From: Narcine bancroftii
Lineage: Eukaryota
Direction of reading: 5' to 3'
Length of the DNA: 64,000 nucleotides
Assembly: GCF_036971445.1 (NCBI RefSeq)
Contig: NC_091476.1
Location: 27,528,001-27,592,000, forward strand
Positions within the stretch are counted from its first letter, which is position 1. Each line of letters opens with the position of its first letter. A program made the position numbers and the translations under genes. Positions 26,008 to 37,590 of the stretch are shown in pieces. The notes beneath the pieces were generated by a model. It made no database searches, was not told where the DNA came from, and saw only the letters and a program-made list of their open reading frames with translations.

Positions 26008-26584
26008 CACTGGACAATGAAGAATTTGCTTCTTGAATATATTTGGGTGTATTTTATGGATTTTGGGCTGCTGAGTTCGAAAATCACCTTAAAATTTCCT
26101 ATCATGTACCTTTTTTTAAAGATATAACCTATTTTTCGATTTTCCTGTCATATTTTAAATCTACTTCAAGCATACAAAACCATGAAGTACAAAGTCTCAT
26201 TGAAAATTCAATTTCTGCATTTGCACTTGGACTTCTTCCCTGCTGATCATGGTGCAGTCAATGACAAATATGGTGAAAGATTTCACTTGGATGTGGCAAC
26301 CATGGAAAAGGGGTATCAGGGCAACTGGAATCCATCATTGCTGGCCTACTATGGTTGGACACTTACACAGAAGCACCAGATGCTGAGTATAAACGAAAAT
26401 CAGCAGTAAAACATTTTGAAGTCAGTTGAACTAATGTAAAGTGTCAGCAATTAAACAATAAAAGTGAATTTAATGTTTCTCCAACATGATAAAGTAAAAC
26501 TGAAATTATCTTTGTGTTCAGCTTGAAAATGTCTATCTAATCCTCATTCTGGAAGCAAATCTTTTTTAAAAAAATTGTCTAGTG
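26008..26584 (+). mobile_element. Internally deleted Chapaev3-type DNA transposon
   Basis: TIRs CACTGGACAA / TTGTCTAGTG; the residual ORF SLKIQFLHLHLDFFPADHGAVNDKYGERFHLDVATMEKGYQGNW matches the remembered Chapaev transposase C-terminus; flanks TAG/TAA. Confidence 0.8.
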
Positions 26585-27040
26585 TAATAGGTCTTGTGTA
26601 AACATCCAATGCCAATATTGAAACAGAAGCAGATGTTTCTCAATGACGTGGCTGCATCACTCCTTCAACTACCATGATCAAAGACAGTTATCTGGTTGTT
26701 AAGCCATGTTGTGTGGATTGATGTTATGCAGCAGTATCTTTACTTCTCAGTTAGACATTTATACATAACTTTTACATTCTTAGGACATTGCAAAGTGCAT
26801 TATAGCTATCAAAGTATTCTTAAAGTGTAGTCACTATTAACTAAGACCTGGAGATTGGAACAATGAGGATTTCAACTGTGTTTAGTTACTCAGAAAAGGA
26901 GGACCAAATGTGATCTACACTGGTGGTGTTAAAATAACATCATGTTTTGTGAATCATATGTTACTTTTAATTCAGTCATATTAGTTTATTATAGATGTAA
27001 ATGATAATAATAACATCCTTGGTTAATTCTGCTTCTCCAG

Positions 27041-27198
27041 GAATTGGATATTTTACAATACCATATCTGGTGCATGCAAGTGCTGCATTTGTCCATGCCT
27101 GTGAATGGAATCCACATGCAGTTGTTGCACTATTGAAGAACCTGGAACTAAATAATGTATCAGACCGTTGCAAGGTCCACAATGGTGATAACCGGCAG
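27041..27198 (+). CDS. TRMT12: TRMT12 coding exon 6
   Basis: ctccag acceptor; IGYFTIPYLVHASAAFVHACEWNPHAVVALLKNLELNNVSDRCKVHNGDNRQ; GTACTG donor; 158 nt. Confidence 0.96.
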
Positions 27199-28199
27199 GT
27201 ACTGCCTCAAGTCTTTCTGTTTCTCATTAATGGCTTTTTGCATTTAAATCATGCATGGCTTTCAGTGTTTGATCTGCAAGAGGTACATCTTGAGGAATAA
27301 CATTTCTTGAATATAGTTGATGGATTTTGCTTTCAAATTTTCAATCTGAGCTTAGCACTGTTTTTATGTAACTTTTATCATTCTGGTTTGGAGGCATTAA
27401 TGTTGTTCATGTATCAGCTTTTTTTGCTTAAAACTGTGACCAGTGAGCTGAAGAATGTGCTTTTGGAATCAGTAAGCTACAGTGGAGAAGTCAGAAGAGA
27501 ATCTTAAACTTCTCCCTCCCATCTCAACAAAGTTGAAACAAGTATGCAAAAACAGAAATGGTGGAAACACTCAGCAGGTCAAGCAACACAGTTAATGTTC
27601 CATTTGGAAAGAGAGGAAAACAAGTACCTGTAAGTTAGATCCAGTCAGAGAGAAAGTTGAGTGCAGGGGCAGGATGGTTAGATACAAAAGAAATATTGTC
27701 AGCAGGGGCAGTTATTATAATGTAAAACTTCTTTATTTTCCCAATGTGTTAGAAATGTGTAGCTGAGGGATATGACCAGAAAAGCAAACTGTACAAATAG
27801 AATCTAAAAATATGATCCAAAATGATGACAAACTGAAATGTAGAATGGTCAGTTCTGATACAGGAAGATTGAATGAGCTATCTTAAGTTGGAGAATTCAA
27901 TATTGAATCTGAAAGACTGCAGAGTGTCCAGGCAGGGGATGAAGTGATCCTCAAGCTTATTTTAAATCTCATTGTAATAGTGCAGGAGGCCACAGACGGG
28001 TCAGAGTGGGAGCAGGAGTAGGGTGGTGAATACAATTAGGCTGCTGGTACATCAGCCCCTGTGGATTGAATGCAGTTGCCCACAGAGCAATCACTCAATG
28101 TCCATTTGGTTTTCCTTCATGGAAGAGACCACAATGTGACACCGAAAGCAGTAAGGACTATTTTGGTTCTCAGTTGCTGAGAAGGAAAGAGTAAGAGGA

Positions 28200-29420
28200 C
28201 AGGTGTTACATCTCCTATTTGAGGATACAACAAGTACAGTAGATAGAGGGAGAAGGTGGACATTATTTACCTGGATTTTCAGAAGGCGTTGATAAGGTGC
28301 CGCATAGAAGACATCCATAAGGATGCATGGAATTGGGGTTGATGTATTAACATGGATAGAGGATTGGTTAACTGATAGAAAACAGAGAGTTGGGGTGCAG
28401 GGGTGTTTTTATTTTTGGTTGGCAATCAGTGTTGAATGGGGTGCCACATGGCTCGGTACTAGTCCCGCAACTAATCACTGTATACATAAACAATGTGGGA
28501 GAGGGGACAGAGTGCAGTGTTTCTAAGTTTGTTGATGACACTAAATTGAGTGGAAAAGCAAACTGTGCAGAGGATATGGAGAGTCTGCAGAGACATATAG
28601 ATGAGTGGGCAAGGGTCTGGCAGATGGTGTACAATGTTGCAAATGTGAGGTTATCTATTTTGGAAGGAAGAATGGAAGACCATAATAGTATTTAAATGGA
28701 AGCAATTGCAGCATGCTGATGTGCAGAAAGACTTCAGAGTGCTTGTGCATGAATCACAAAAGGCTGGTTTGCACATGCACCAGGGTGTCAAGAAGGCAAA
28801 TAAAATGTTGGCCTTCATTGCTAGCGGGATTGAATTTAGGAGCCGAGAGGTAATGCTGCAAATGTACATGGTACTGGTGATACCATATCTGGAGTACTGC
28901 ATGCATTTCTGGTTTCCTTACTTGAGGAAGGATGTACTGGCTTTGGAGGCACTGCAGAGGAGGTTCGCCAAGTTGATTGCAGGGATGAGGGGGTTGGCCT
29001 GTGAGGAGAGATTGAGTCATCTGGGTGTACTCGGTGGAATTTAGAATGAGAGGGGATCTTATTAAAAATATATAAAATTATGAAAGACATAGATAAGATT
29101 GACATAGGTAAGTTTTTTCCATTGGAAGGGGAGATCAGAACCAGAGGACATCAAGATTTCAGGGTACTAGATTTAGGACGGAGATGAGGAGAAACAGCTT
29201 TTTTTAGAGGGTGATGAATCCGTGGAATTCGCTGCCCATTGAAGCAGTGGAGGCGACCTCGGTAAATGTATTCAAGACCAGGTTGGCTAGATTTCTACAT
29301 AGTAAGGGAGTTAAGGGATATGGGGAAAAGGCAGTTAGGTGATCAGCCATGATCACATTGAATGGTGGAGCAGGCTCCACGGGCCAGATGGCTGACTCCT
29401 GCTCCTAATTCTTACATTAT
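28200..29420 (+). mobile_element. CR1-clade LINE 3' fragment
   Basis: Degraded RT motifs YLDFQKA, GVPHGSVL, SKFVDDTKL and LEYCMHFW; typical 3' end GAATGGTGGAGCAGGCTC...GACTCCTGCTCCTA. Confidence 0.9.
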
Positions 29421-30552
29421 TTTTGAGCAGGAAAGGCCATAAATTTGGGAATACGGGGTTGAAGAGCAGTCCAAGGAGTTGTGAAATTCTTTTGAAATAC
29501 TGAAGGTAGAAGTGAGATGTCGAAACTGTTGAGTGAAGTTCACTTGAACAAATCAGATAAGTGATAATATGGGAGAATATGAACTGATGTTTGGATAGTA
29601 GAGCTATGGTCCTGAAGGAAGTTTGAGTGTGTGTGTCCAAGAATTGACCTTAGGCCTCTGAGTTAGTGATCTCCTCACAAGACCATGCAGCCCCATCTTG
29701 GTCAATAGGTTTGATGACATCAGGATTAATTCTTAGTGAGCAGAATGATGTGCTGAGAAAGGGGTAAGTTAGAATGAATGAGGGTAGTAGAAAAAACAAA
29801 CCATTCAATGTCCCATTGGTCAATCGTAATGAATAAATCAAGAGCAAGTAAGTGGACAGAGGGAGGGTTTCAGGTGAATTGGGAATTCTGAAGACAAAAG
29901 AAAGGGTCCTGGCCAAAAAATCAGCATGGATAGTAGAAGAAATGTTCAACCTTACATAGGGTTTCATATTCATCAAGGGATTGAAGTGAGGATGAATCAG
30001 ATACCTCTGCTGGGGACTGATCGTTCAAGATCACAGGGAAGTCGAAAAGAATGGTGAGAACACACAAGAGGTAGAACTGGTTGGAGAATTGGGGTCAGAT
30101 GAAATACAAGGGGAAGAAAGGTCAGTAGAAGTATTAAGATCCAAGAGCTGTTGGTTTGTCACCTTTAACATCACAAAGGAAAGAAAATAATCATCTAATT
30201 AAGCATCATATACAACGGAGTATAAGTGCGGAGCCCAATAGCTGTAGATAGAGTGAATCAGTGTTGTGGGGAGAAGTCAAGAACCTGCATGTGCCAACGT
30301 GTGGAATAAAGTGTGGATTTTTGAAAGCAGTGAGAATACTGCCTTGAGAAACACTGGATAGTTTGAACATACCTGTGGATCCAAATTATGGAGTGTAATA
30401 TTTGAATAGTGTTACAAACTAAATCAACAGAAAAGGTAATAACAAGACAATGGTTTTTCAAAATGATCATTTTTATTATTAATTATTAACAGCATAATAC
30501 TTTAAACTTAACTCTAAACAACCCCACTGTGTGCAAATGTATATATGTGTGT

Positions 30553-31110
30553 TGTGATGGATTATATCATAATTTATATTGTATATAGATATGTTTTTGA
30601 AGGAGATAAATTGTGGAGGTAGTGTACGTCACTTAATACACAAACACTTCACAAAAACGATCTCATTTAAAATGCCAGAGCTTTACTCAAGCCAGACAGT
30701 CCAGGCTCCGAGTGCCTTTGCAAAAACTTTGAAGAGTGCCAATAGAGACTTCACAAGTAGGTGCTAATTGGGCATGCTGTGGAGTAATGAATTATTGTTT
30801 TGAAAGTAATAGATGAACAGGCTCTGAAGTTTCGGTCCGGTGCCGCAATCTGTCTGGTTGCAGTTTGCTGTTCTAAGAAGGTCATGTGGTTTTGCAAGTG
30901 CAGAGAGAGAGAGCGCAAACAGGTTTTCTCTAAGAGAGGGAGGGAAAATTGGTTTCTGTACTCATGGCAAGCTGGCAACTTGTTGAAACCCCATTTTGAA
31001 GTTAGATTGTGAGTTCTGAGTTCAGCTTGTTGAAAACCCTTGTGGTCCATACAAGAGGAAATGGCTGGTTAGAGTGTTTCACCCGAAATGTGGGAAACAA
31101 GAGGAACTCT
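30553..31110 (+). mobile_element. LTR-like element, 3'-truncated
   Basis: Starts TGTGA; co-linear with 32088-32590. Confidence 0.72.
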
Positions 31111-31196
31111 GTTCCCTGGATCATTAATTTGTAAATAATAGACTATTTTAAATTTTTATTTATCACTCAATTAGCAGCCCATTTTGTATTTTGCAG

Positions 31197-31751
31197 CTCC
31201 TTCTACGGAATCTGGCAGACCGAGTGAATTTAGGTCTGATTCCAAGTTCGGAAGAGGGATGGGTTGTAGCTTGCAAATTGTTGAAAGAAGATAAAGGAGG
31301 GATTTTCCACATCCACAATAATGTTAGTTTGTATCCTGAAAAGACCGACGATGCACTCTTCAGTCAGAAGAATAATGATGCACATTTTAGCAAGGAACAG
31401 AAGCAAAGTTTAACAGGAATGGAACCAGCTGGGAGTAACTCTGTGACTACAATTCCAGCAATCACAGATGCATTTCAAAGAGGAATCACTGAAGAAAATA
31501 CCTTTGGCTGGAGATGGAAGGACAATAAGTCAAAAGTTAAATCAAACTATTGTGAAAAGAAGCAAGTTACTCATCCTAGATGGCAAGCTTGGGCAAAATC
31601 AGCAGCATTAAGCATTAGAAATATCCTGGAAACTCACCATAAAAGCCCTTGGTCTACAAATATCTTACATATTGAGCATGTGAAATCTTATGCCCCACAC
31701 ATTGACCATATTGTACTGGATTTGGAATGTAGGCCATGTAATGATAAGTAA
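31197..31751 (+). CDS. TRMT12: TRMT12 terminal coding exon 7
   Basis: tttgcag acceptor; LLLRNLADRVNLGLIPSSEEGW...HVKSYAPHIDHIVLDLECRPCNDK*. The seven exons sum to 1398 nt = 465 aa + stop, with consistent phases. Confidence 0.96.
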   Translation, partial: LLLRNLADRVNLGLIPSSEEGWVVACKLLKEDKGGIFHIHNNVSLYPEKTDDALFSQKNNDAHFSKEQKQSLTGMEPAGSNSVTTIPAITDAFQRGITEENTFGWRWKDNKSKVKSNYCEKKQVTHPRWQAWAKSAALSIRNILETHHKSPWSTNILHIEHVKSYAPHIDHIVLDLECRPCNDK

Positions 31752-31818
31752 TATGTTTCACTCCATATTTTTCCAGATGTAAATAGTCATGAAGGTTGTG
31801 AATTAAAAAAAACCCCAA

Positions 31819-31824
31819 AATAAA
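31819..31824 (+). promoter_or_regulatory. Candidate TRMT12 polyadenylation signal (a second AATAAA lies at 31997-32002)
   Basis: AATAAA ~70 nt after the stop codon. Confidence 0.5.
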
Positions 31825-32087
31825 ATGTATGTCAACTTTATCCACTTTGCTGCTAATTCCCCCCCCCCCCCCCCCCCGCCCCACTCAACCCCTCAACCTC
31901 AAAATCGCCTGGTTTATCTCTAGGTCCTTTCATGCAAAGAAGGCTTAAAATATTATGATACTGAAGATTTTATGTATATTTTTGAAAAAAATCCAAAATA
32001 AAATATTCACAAAAAAAGCCAGACTGGCTTAAAACCAGACGTCTGGCCACCCTATTTTCCAGCCAGTCTCTCTTCCAGTTGGTAATG

Positions 32088-33017
32088 TGTGACATGGTTA
32101 TATTTTATATTGTATATAGATATGTTTTAAATGAAATAAATTGTGTTGGGTTTTTAGTTAGGTCACACACAGCTACAAACGCCTCAGAACAGATCTCATT
32201 TAAAATGCTGGAGCTCTGCTCAAGCCAGACAGTCCAGTCCAAAACTTTGAAGAATGCCTATCAGGACTTAACAAGTAGGTGTTAATTGGACATGCTGTGG
32301 AGTAATGGATTATGTTTTTGGAAAGCAACAGATGAACAAACTCAGAAGATTAGGTCCAGAGCTGCAGAACTGTCTGAGTGCAGTCGGCTGTTCTAAGAGA
32401 GAGAGAATTTAGTTCTACAGTTCAGCAGTAGCAGCTGGGACTGGAACAGGACAAGCCGGCAAACTTGTGGAAAAACCCCATTTGGAAGATTGGTTTTGAG
32501 TTCTTAGTTCAGCCTGTTCAAAGCCCTTGTGATCCATACAGGAGGAGATGGCTGGCTGCATTATGTTTCACTTGAAATAAAAAGGAACTCTGGTGATCTG
32601 AAAGAAAGAGGTTATCGTCTGGAAAACCCTGATGGGGCAAGTTTCTTCAGCAAGACATTGAAGCGGCTGATCAGAAAGAATCCGTTGTGGGTGCCCAATG
32701 AGCAACAAATCTCTCTGAAAACCAACAAGAACCTTCCTGAGTGGTAACCATTTGCCTTTCAAGCACCAAAGCCTGGCGAACTTCATAAATGTTAAATTCT
32801 GTGCACAGTCTAAGAATTGCCTACAATTGGAATTTGGAGGAGTGAAATTGGACTGTGAATTCAATAACTTTTTTGAACTTGCACACACCTTACATACATG
32901 TGCCCTTAGAATTAGAAGGGGGTTAAGTTAGGTTAGTTAATGTGTGATTCTTGTTTTCATGTTTAAAGATAATTAAAAGTAATCATTTGTCTATTACTGC
33001 TGGGTTTTGGGGTCCTC
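32088..33017 (+). mobile_element. LTR-like element
   Basis: Starts TGTGAC; direct-orientation homologue of 30553-31110; no ORF. Confidence 0.72.
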
Positions 33018-33129
33018 AAATGTCCTGAGCAAAACAAGTGCTGGAGAAACTCGGTGGATCGGGTAGCATGTGTGGATCGGGTCAAGACCCTGCTGAGAGA
33101 TCCCGTAGTTGTTTTACAAGCGCTGTTCA

Positions 33130-33960
33130 CATTCTGATTCCTTATTCATGGTTCACACGTCCCCCTCCCCTTCTCCCTCCCTCGGCGACGAGGCTCGGGC
33201 GAGAGAAGACTGATCGGTTTAGTTCCATGACGCCGCCCTCTCCGGTCAGAGCGCAGGTCGGCGAATCAGATGGAGAAGGACAGCGGCTGTGCCGGCAGGA
33301 CCAGTGGCTGATTGTGCGCGGAGTGGGCGTTGCGAAAGGATCGCGATTTGGAGCTGCTTTCGCCCCCAGGTGGAAGCTCGCCTTGTCCAACTTTCGGCTC
33401 AAAAGATTTGCTTCCGGAAGCAGAGGAAGAAAGTTCGAAATCCCAAAAAGATTTAGATGTTGGGAGAGAAGTTCCTGTATCTCTAAGTAAGTGGATTTTC
33501 AGGCGGCGGAGCGTGTAACCATTTCTCATAGTCGAGGTGAGAGGCCCTCCCAATGTAACCGGGGCTGTAATCACTCGTCGGGGCAGTGGCTGAGACAAGA
33601 CAAGGTGGAATAATGGGAATCCGACAACTGGTGGGGTGGTCACTCTCCCCTGGGGTCGCCTGAGGTCCACACGGCCGGCCGTCACGTTTATTGTCCTGAC
33701 CCAGTGTCGTGGTCTGAACTGTCCGAAGTGTGGACTCGTCGCTCTCGGGAATGCGAGGTTTAACAAATCACTGGAAATCAAAATCTCTTCAAATAGGTCC
33801 CTTTATTTTCTTGACAGCGAAAACGGCGAGGATTTTGCATTTTGTCACCGTTCTGACCTTCTTTAAAAGTGAAGAGTCCGAGCGGGCTGAAAGTTTTAAA
33901 GTTGTTCTTGCGCTCACCTGTGCAACATTGAAAACGCGCAAAAGGCGTGAAGTGTTGCCA
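33130..33960 (+). promoter_or_regulatory. CpG island: probable promoter and non-coding first exon of the SYTL gene (candidate donor GTAAGT at 33487)
   Basis: Strong CpG enrichment in an AT-rich background, GC-box-like motifs, a consensus donor and no credible ORF; the next plus-strand coding exon is at 62926. Confidence 0.65.
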
Positions 33961-34654
33961 TTTTATAAGCGGGGATTCCTTTTGTAATGTTGAGAAAATA
34001 CGGGAATTAACGTTGATTTTATGTATGGACAAGAGACGTATATAGTTGATATTCTAACGTCAGCCAAAATTATAGAAATTCCTGCATTTTTATGAAATTG
34101 TATCCTGTTGACGATGCGTCCAGTTGAACCACAAAGTGAGTGAAACACGAAGTCTGCAGACGCTGTGATTTTAGTAACTGTCGTTGGAGGTAAAGATCCC
34201 AAACGTTGGTTATGTGTACACTGCGAGGCCTGCTGAGTTCCTCCAGCATTTACTGTGCTTCTACTTCAACCACAAGTGAAGGCAATTAATGCTCAGTCAG
34301 TAAACACTTGAATTCAGTTCGTGTGAAAGTTTGAAAAGAATATGAAAAATATCAAAGGAAATCCAGAGCATTTTCAAAAGATGACATCCATCTTGAATTT
34401 TAAAGTTCTGGAAACAGAAAATTCATTTAGTATAAATGAAAGTGAATAATTTTTAATTGACTCCTCGATATTTTTTTTAACTTGCACTAAAGACGGTCAA
34501 GCCACTTTGGTTCTCCCTATCAAAACAAGTTTGCACTTTGACCTTCAGACTTAGAAATTGGATTAAAGTAGCCCAAATTATATTACTAATCCAGATTCAC
34601 CAGAATAATAGAAATCAGGAAACACATTTGCTGGTAAAGGTGAAGTTTTTTTAA

Positions 34655-34810
34655 AAAAAAGTAAAGGTTCCATTATTGTCATATAATATTACATTTAGAA
34701 TGTAATATAGATGAAATTCTTTAACTTTAATTTTACAGAAATGAAGCTCTAGCGAGGAATGAACCTGTGACCCTTAAGATCAGTGCTCTAACCACTGAGC
34801 TATCGGACTC
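34655..34810 (-). mobile_element. Short tRNA-headed SINE-like element / tRNA pseudogene
   Basis: Minus strand GATAGCTCAGTGGTTAGAGCACTG (A box) ... AGGTTCATTCCT (B box) with a shortened anticodon arm, followed by a TGACAATAA tail. Confidence 0.68.
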
Positions 34811-35159
34811 TGTGAACCAAACACGAATATTTCAATACATTTCCTATGTGTGTGTGATGTCAGGTTAATATTGTGCTGCATAAAATATGTATTAATTGTC
34901 GTAACTTCATAGTTGCTCAAACAATTGTCCATTTGCCAACTTACTAATCTTTCTTGGCCTGCTCTCTTTAACCAACCACTTGAATCCATTTATTGACCAA
35001 ATTTCTCTGTAAGGTGAGAAAAATAAACAACACCCAAGTTTCTTTTCATAGTTTAATGATCTCATTCCTGAAATTCTGATGAATATTCACCACACCCTTT
35101 CAAAATCTTGAAACCCAAATATGGCTTAACCAATATCTTCACATGTTCTATAATGCCTC

Positions 35160-35347
35160 TGTACTGACAATAACCACACCAGCAGTGCGAGTATAGGACA
35201 GCTTTCATAAACTAACATGTACTCTAAGAGGTCTTGTCTCTCTGCAAGACAACCCTGGAAGGCTAGACTGTAGCTCTGGACTGCTTTATAGACAAGGTCA
35301 CCAGGATGACCCCTGGTGACCTAGTGGTGTAATTACAGATCACCACA
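35160..35347 (-). mobile_element. Short (188 bp) solo LTR
   Basis: TGT...ACA termini, CTATAAAAG TATA box on the minus strand, 5-bp flanks GCCTC/ACCTC. Confidence 0.72.
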
Positions 35348-37371
35348 ACCTCCTTGCTTTTAATTTCAACATGTGAAGAATAAAATTATTTTTTATGTCT
35401 TTGAGGCCTCTTGTACCTGGAGTCTCAATTTTGAACTTTTTTTTAACCTCATAGATACTTTACTCCTCTGCTTTGGCCACCTTCTCATTTATTATAAACA
35501 ACACTGTAACCTCTGCTGAGGTGACCCTTCCTCTACAATGATTGAACGAGAGGACAAATGATATCTGCCAGTGCCTCTGGCGCAACTTCCTGAATGGAGT
35601 TGACTGCAAAAATATAATAGGAAATTGTATCCCTCCAACAGAGAACCAAAACTGGTGTCAAGTTTAAGGAAAATATTTTATAATCAGATATTGCAATTAA
35701 TGCTAATCTCTTTACTTTTATTTCATGGAATTTGAAGTTCAGCCCATTCTACTAACTTGAACCATGAACAAGCTTCCTACCTTTCTGTTTCTACCATCTT
35801 TCTACCTTGATGAAGGGCTCAAGCCCAAAATATTGGCTAATTATCTTGCGAGAGAAAGTACATTGACCTGCTGAGTTTCTCCAGAGGTGTTTTTACTTCA
35901 ACCACTGTGCAGGCTTTTATGATTTTACTTTTGTATCATTCTACTGCCTCGTCCCTTGTTCTAACCTTAAATTACCTTTAACATTACAGTACCGAACCTC
36001 TCAATAAATCACTTCTGTTTGATCCTTCACTTGATTTGGCATCTGGTCTTGGTTTTCACCATTGTTTGTATCAGAAATTATTCCAATTTGTCAAATTTGC
36101 CAAAATCTTGTATCTTTTTTCTAGTTTACTAGGATATGAAGAAGACGTTTCTTTACATTCACCTTTCATAATTTTGAAAATCTCCATCGACAGAAACCAA
36201 TACCAATGCATTACTCTTGTTTTCTGCATGCGTTTTAACTGCTTAACCTTTTACAAACAGTTTAGAACCTTTCTCTAAAATTTACAAGGCTTTATAATAT
36301 CTCCTCACTGATGTTTGATTGACCTTGTGTTTAGGTTGACTGCCTCAATTAATAAATTATTGTAGTATAGAAATAATTGAAACAGTTTGGAATTCACCAA
36401 GTCAAGAAATATTTTGTGAAATTGTATTTTTTATTTAATTCCTCTGGTCACGTCATGGACCATCAGCGTCACAAAGAGTTCTTCAGTGAGTTCCCTTTTT
36501 CGGGTAATTTTCTGTGATATATGAGTAGCGTGGTTTAAAGTTACATTGGAATTGATCGTGCAAGTGTGTTGATTGCAATACAAAAAGATATCCAAACATT
36601 TATGGAATCTATGCAAGCAACATTAATCACAGCAATCCATATTGAACAGTGTAGTGTTTGCAAAGCTCTGTGATTCCCACCACCAGGGTGACCGTGTCTA
36701 AGTTAGGCCAAAATTCTAAACTATGGAGGTCCAGATTCATGTGGGTCAATGCAAGAATATAATAGAAAGTCCAAGTTTAGTCACTCTGAGGAATCATGAC
36801 CTCAAATCATTTAAATTTGCAATTAAATTAGAATCTTTCACTCTTTTCAACCCAAAGTAAAACTAATAATGACAGTGCACTGAAATAAAATACTCTGGAA
36901 ATAAAGGTTTTACAAAACTGGCTTGAACTCATTTGATTCATAAAGATTCTGGATTGCTGTGAATGAATAGATAATGCTGAAATTCATCTTAAAAACTGAT
37001 TAAAGAATCTACATTAAGCTGCAATACACAAAGTTGTCTTAAAAGCAAGATGCTACTGGTACTTCTAAAATTGCGATGGAAGGCCAAAAATGTATTGAGT
37101 TGTAGTGAAAAGCAGCAAACTTTACTCTTGTGCTGTGTTTAAATCCTGCTGCACAATTGGTAAGTATATTCTTGAACCTGCAACATTAAACCGAGGCCCT
37201 TCTATTTTCGATGTGCATAAACAATCCTACATTAATTAGTGTTGAAGATACTCCCCGGTATTCTGACCAATAGAGGTGTTTACTGTCCTGCATGTTAATG
37301 GATCAGTATTGCTTCACTAAATAGCAGTGAATTTCAAAATTATTTCTTCGGCAATCTACCACTTCAGAATT

Positions 37372-37590
37372 AAAAGCACAATGCTGGAGACACTGAGCAG
37401 GTCATACTGTACTTTATATAGCAAAGATAAAGATACATAACTGGCATTTCGGGCTTGAGCCCTTAAGCACAAAACATTTATTATGTACCTTTATCTTTGC
37501 TATTATAAAGTGTGCTGTTTGACCTGCTGAGCTGCTTCATCATTGTGTTTTTATGTCAGCCACAGTGTCTGCAGATTTTCATGTTTTACT
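37372..37590. mobile_element. Palindromic Penelope terminal-repeat derivative
   Basis: ~75-bp inverted arms (CACAATGCTGGAGA..CAGGTCA..TATAGCAAAGATAAAG / CTTTATCTTTGCTAT..TGACCTGCTGAG..CATTGTG). Related copies at ~33030-33100, 34140-34272, 35750-35930, 45100-45300 and 54868-55068. Confidence 0.8.

Noticed and set aside
30553-33017. A single LTR retroelement that captured the TRMT12 last exon
   Set aside because: The exon is the normal in-phase terminal exon of the host gene, the repeats are diverged and unequal in length, and no PBS, PPT or shared TSD was seen.
33038-33866. ORFs of 150-171 aa on both strands
   Set aside because: GC-rich CpG-island sequence with few stops; no recognisable protein similarity.
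34745-34810. Functional tRNA gene
   Set aside because: The anticodon arm is truncated and the acceptor stem does not pair well.
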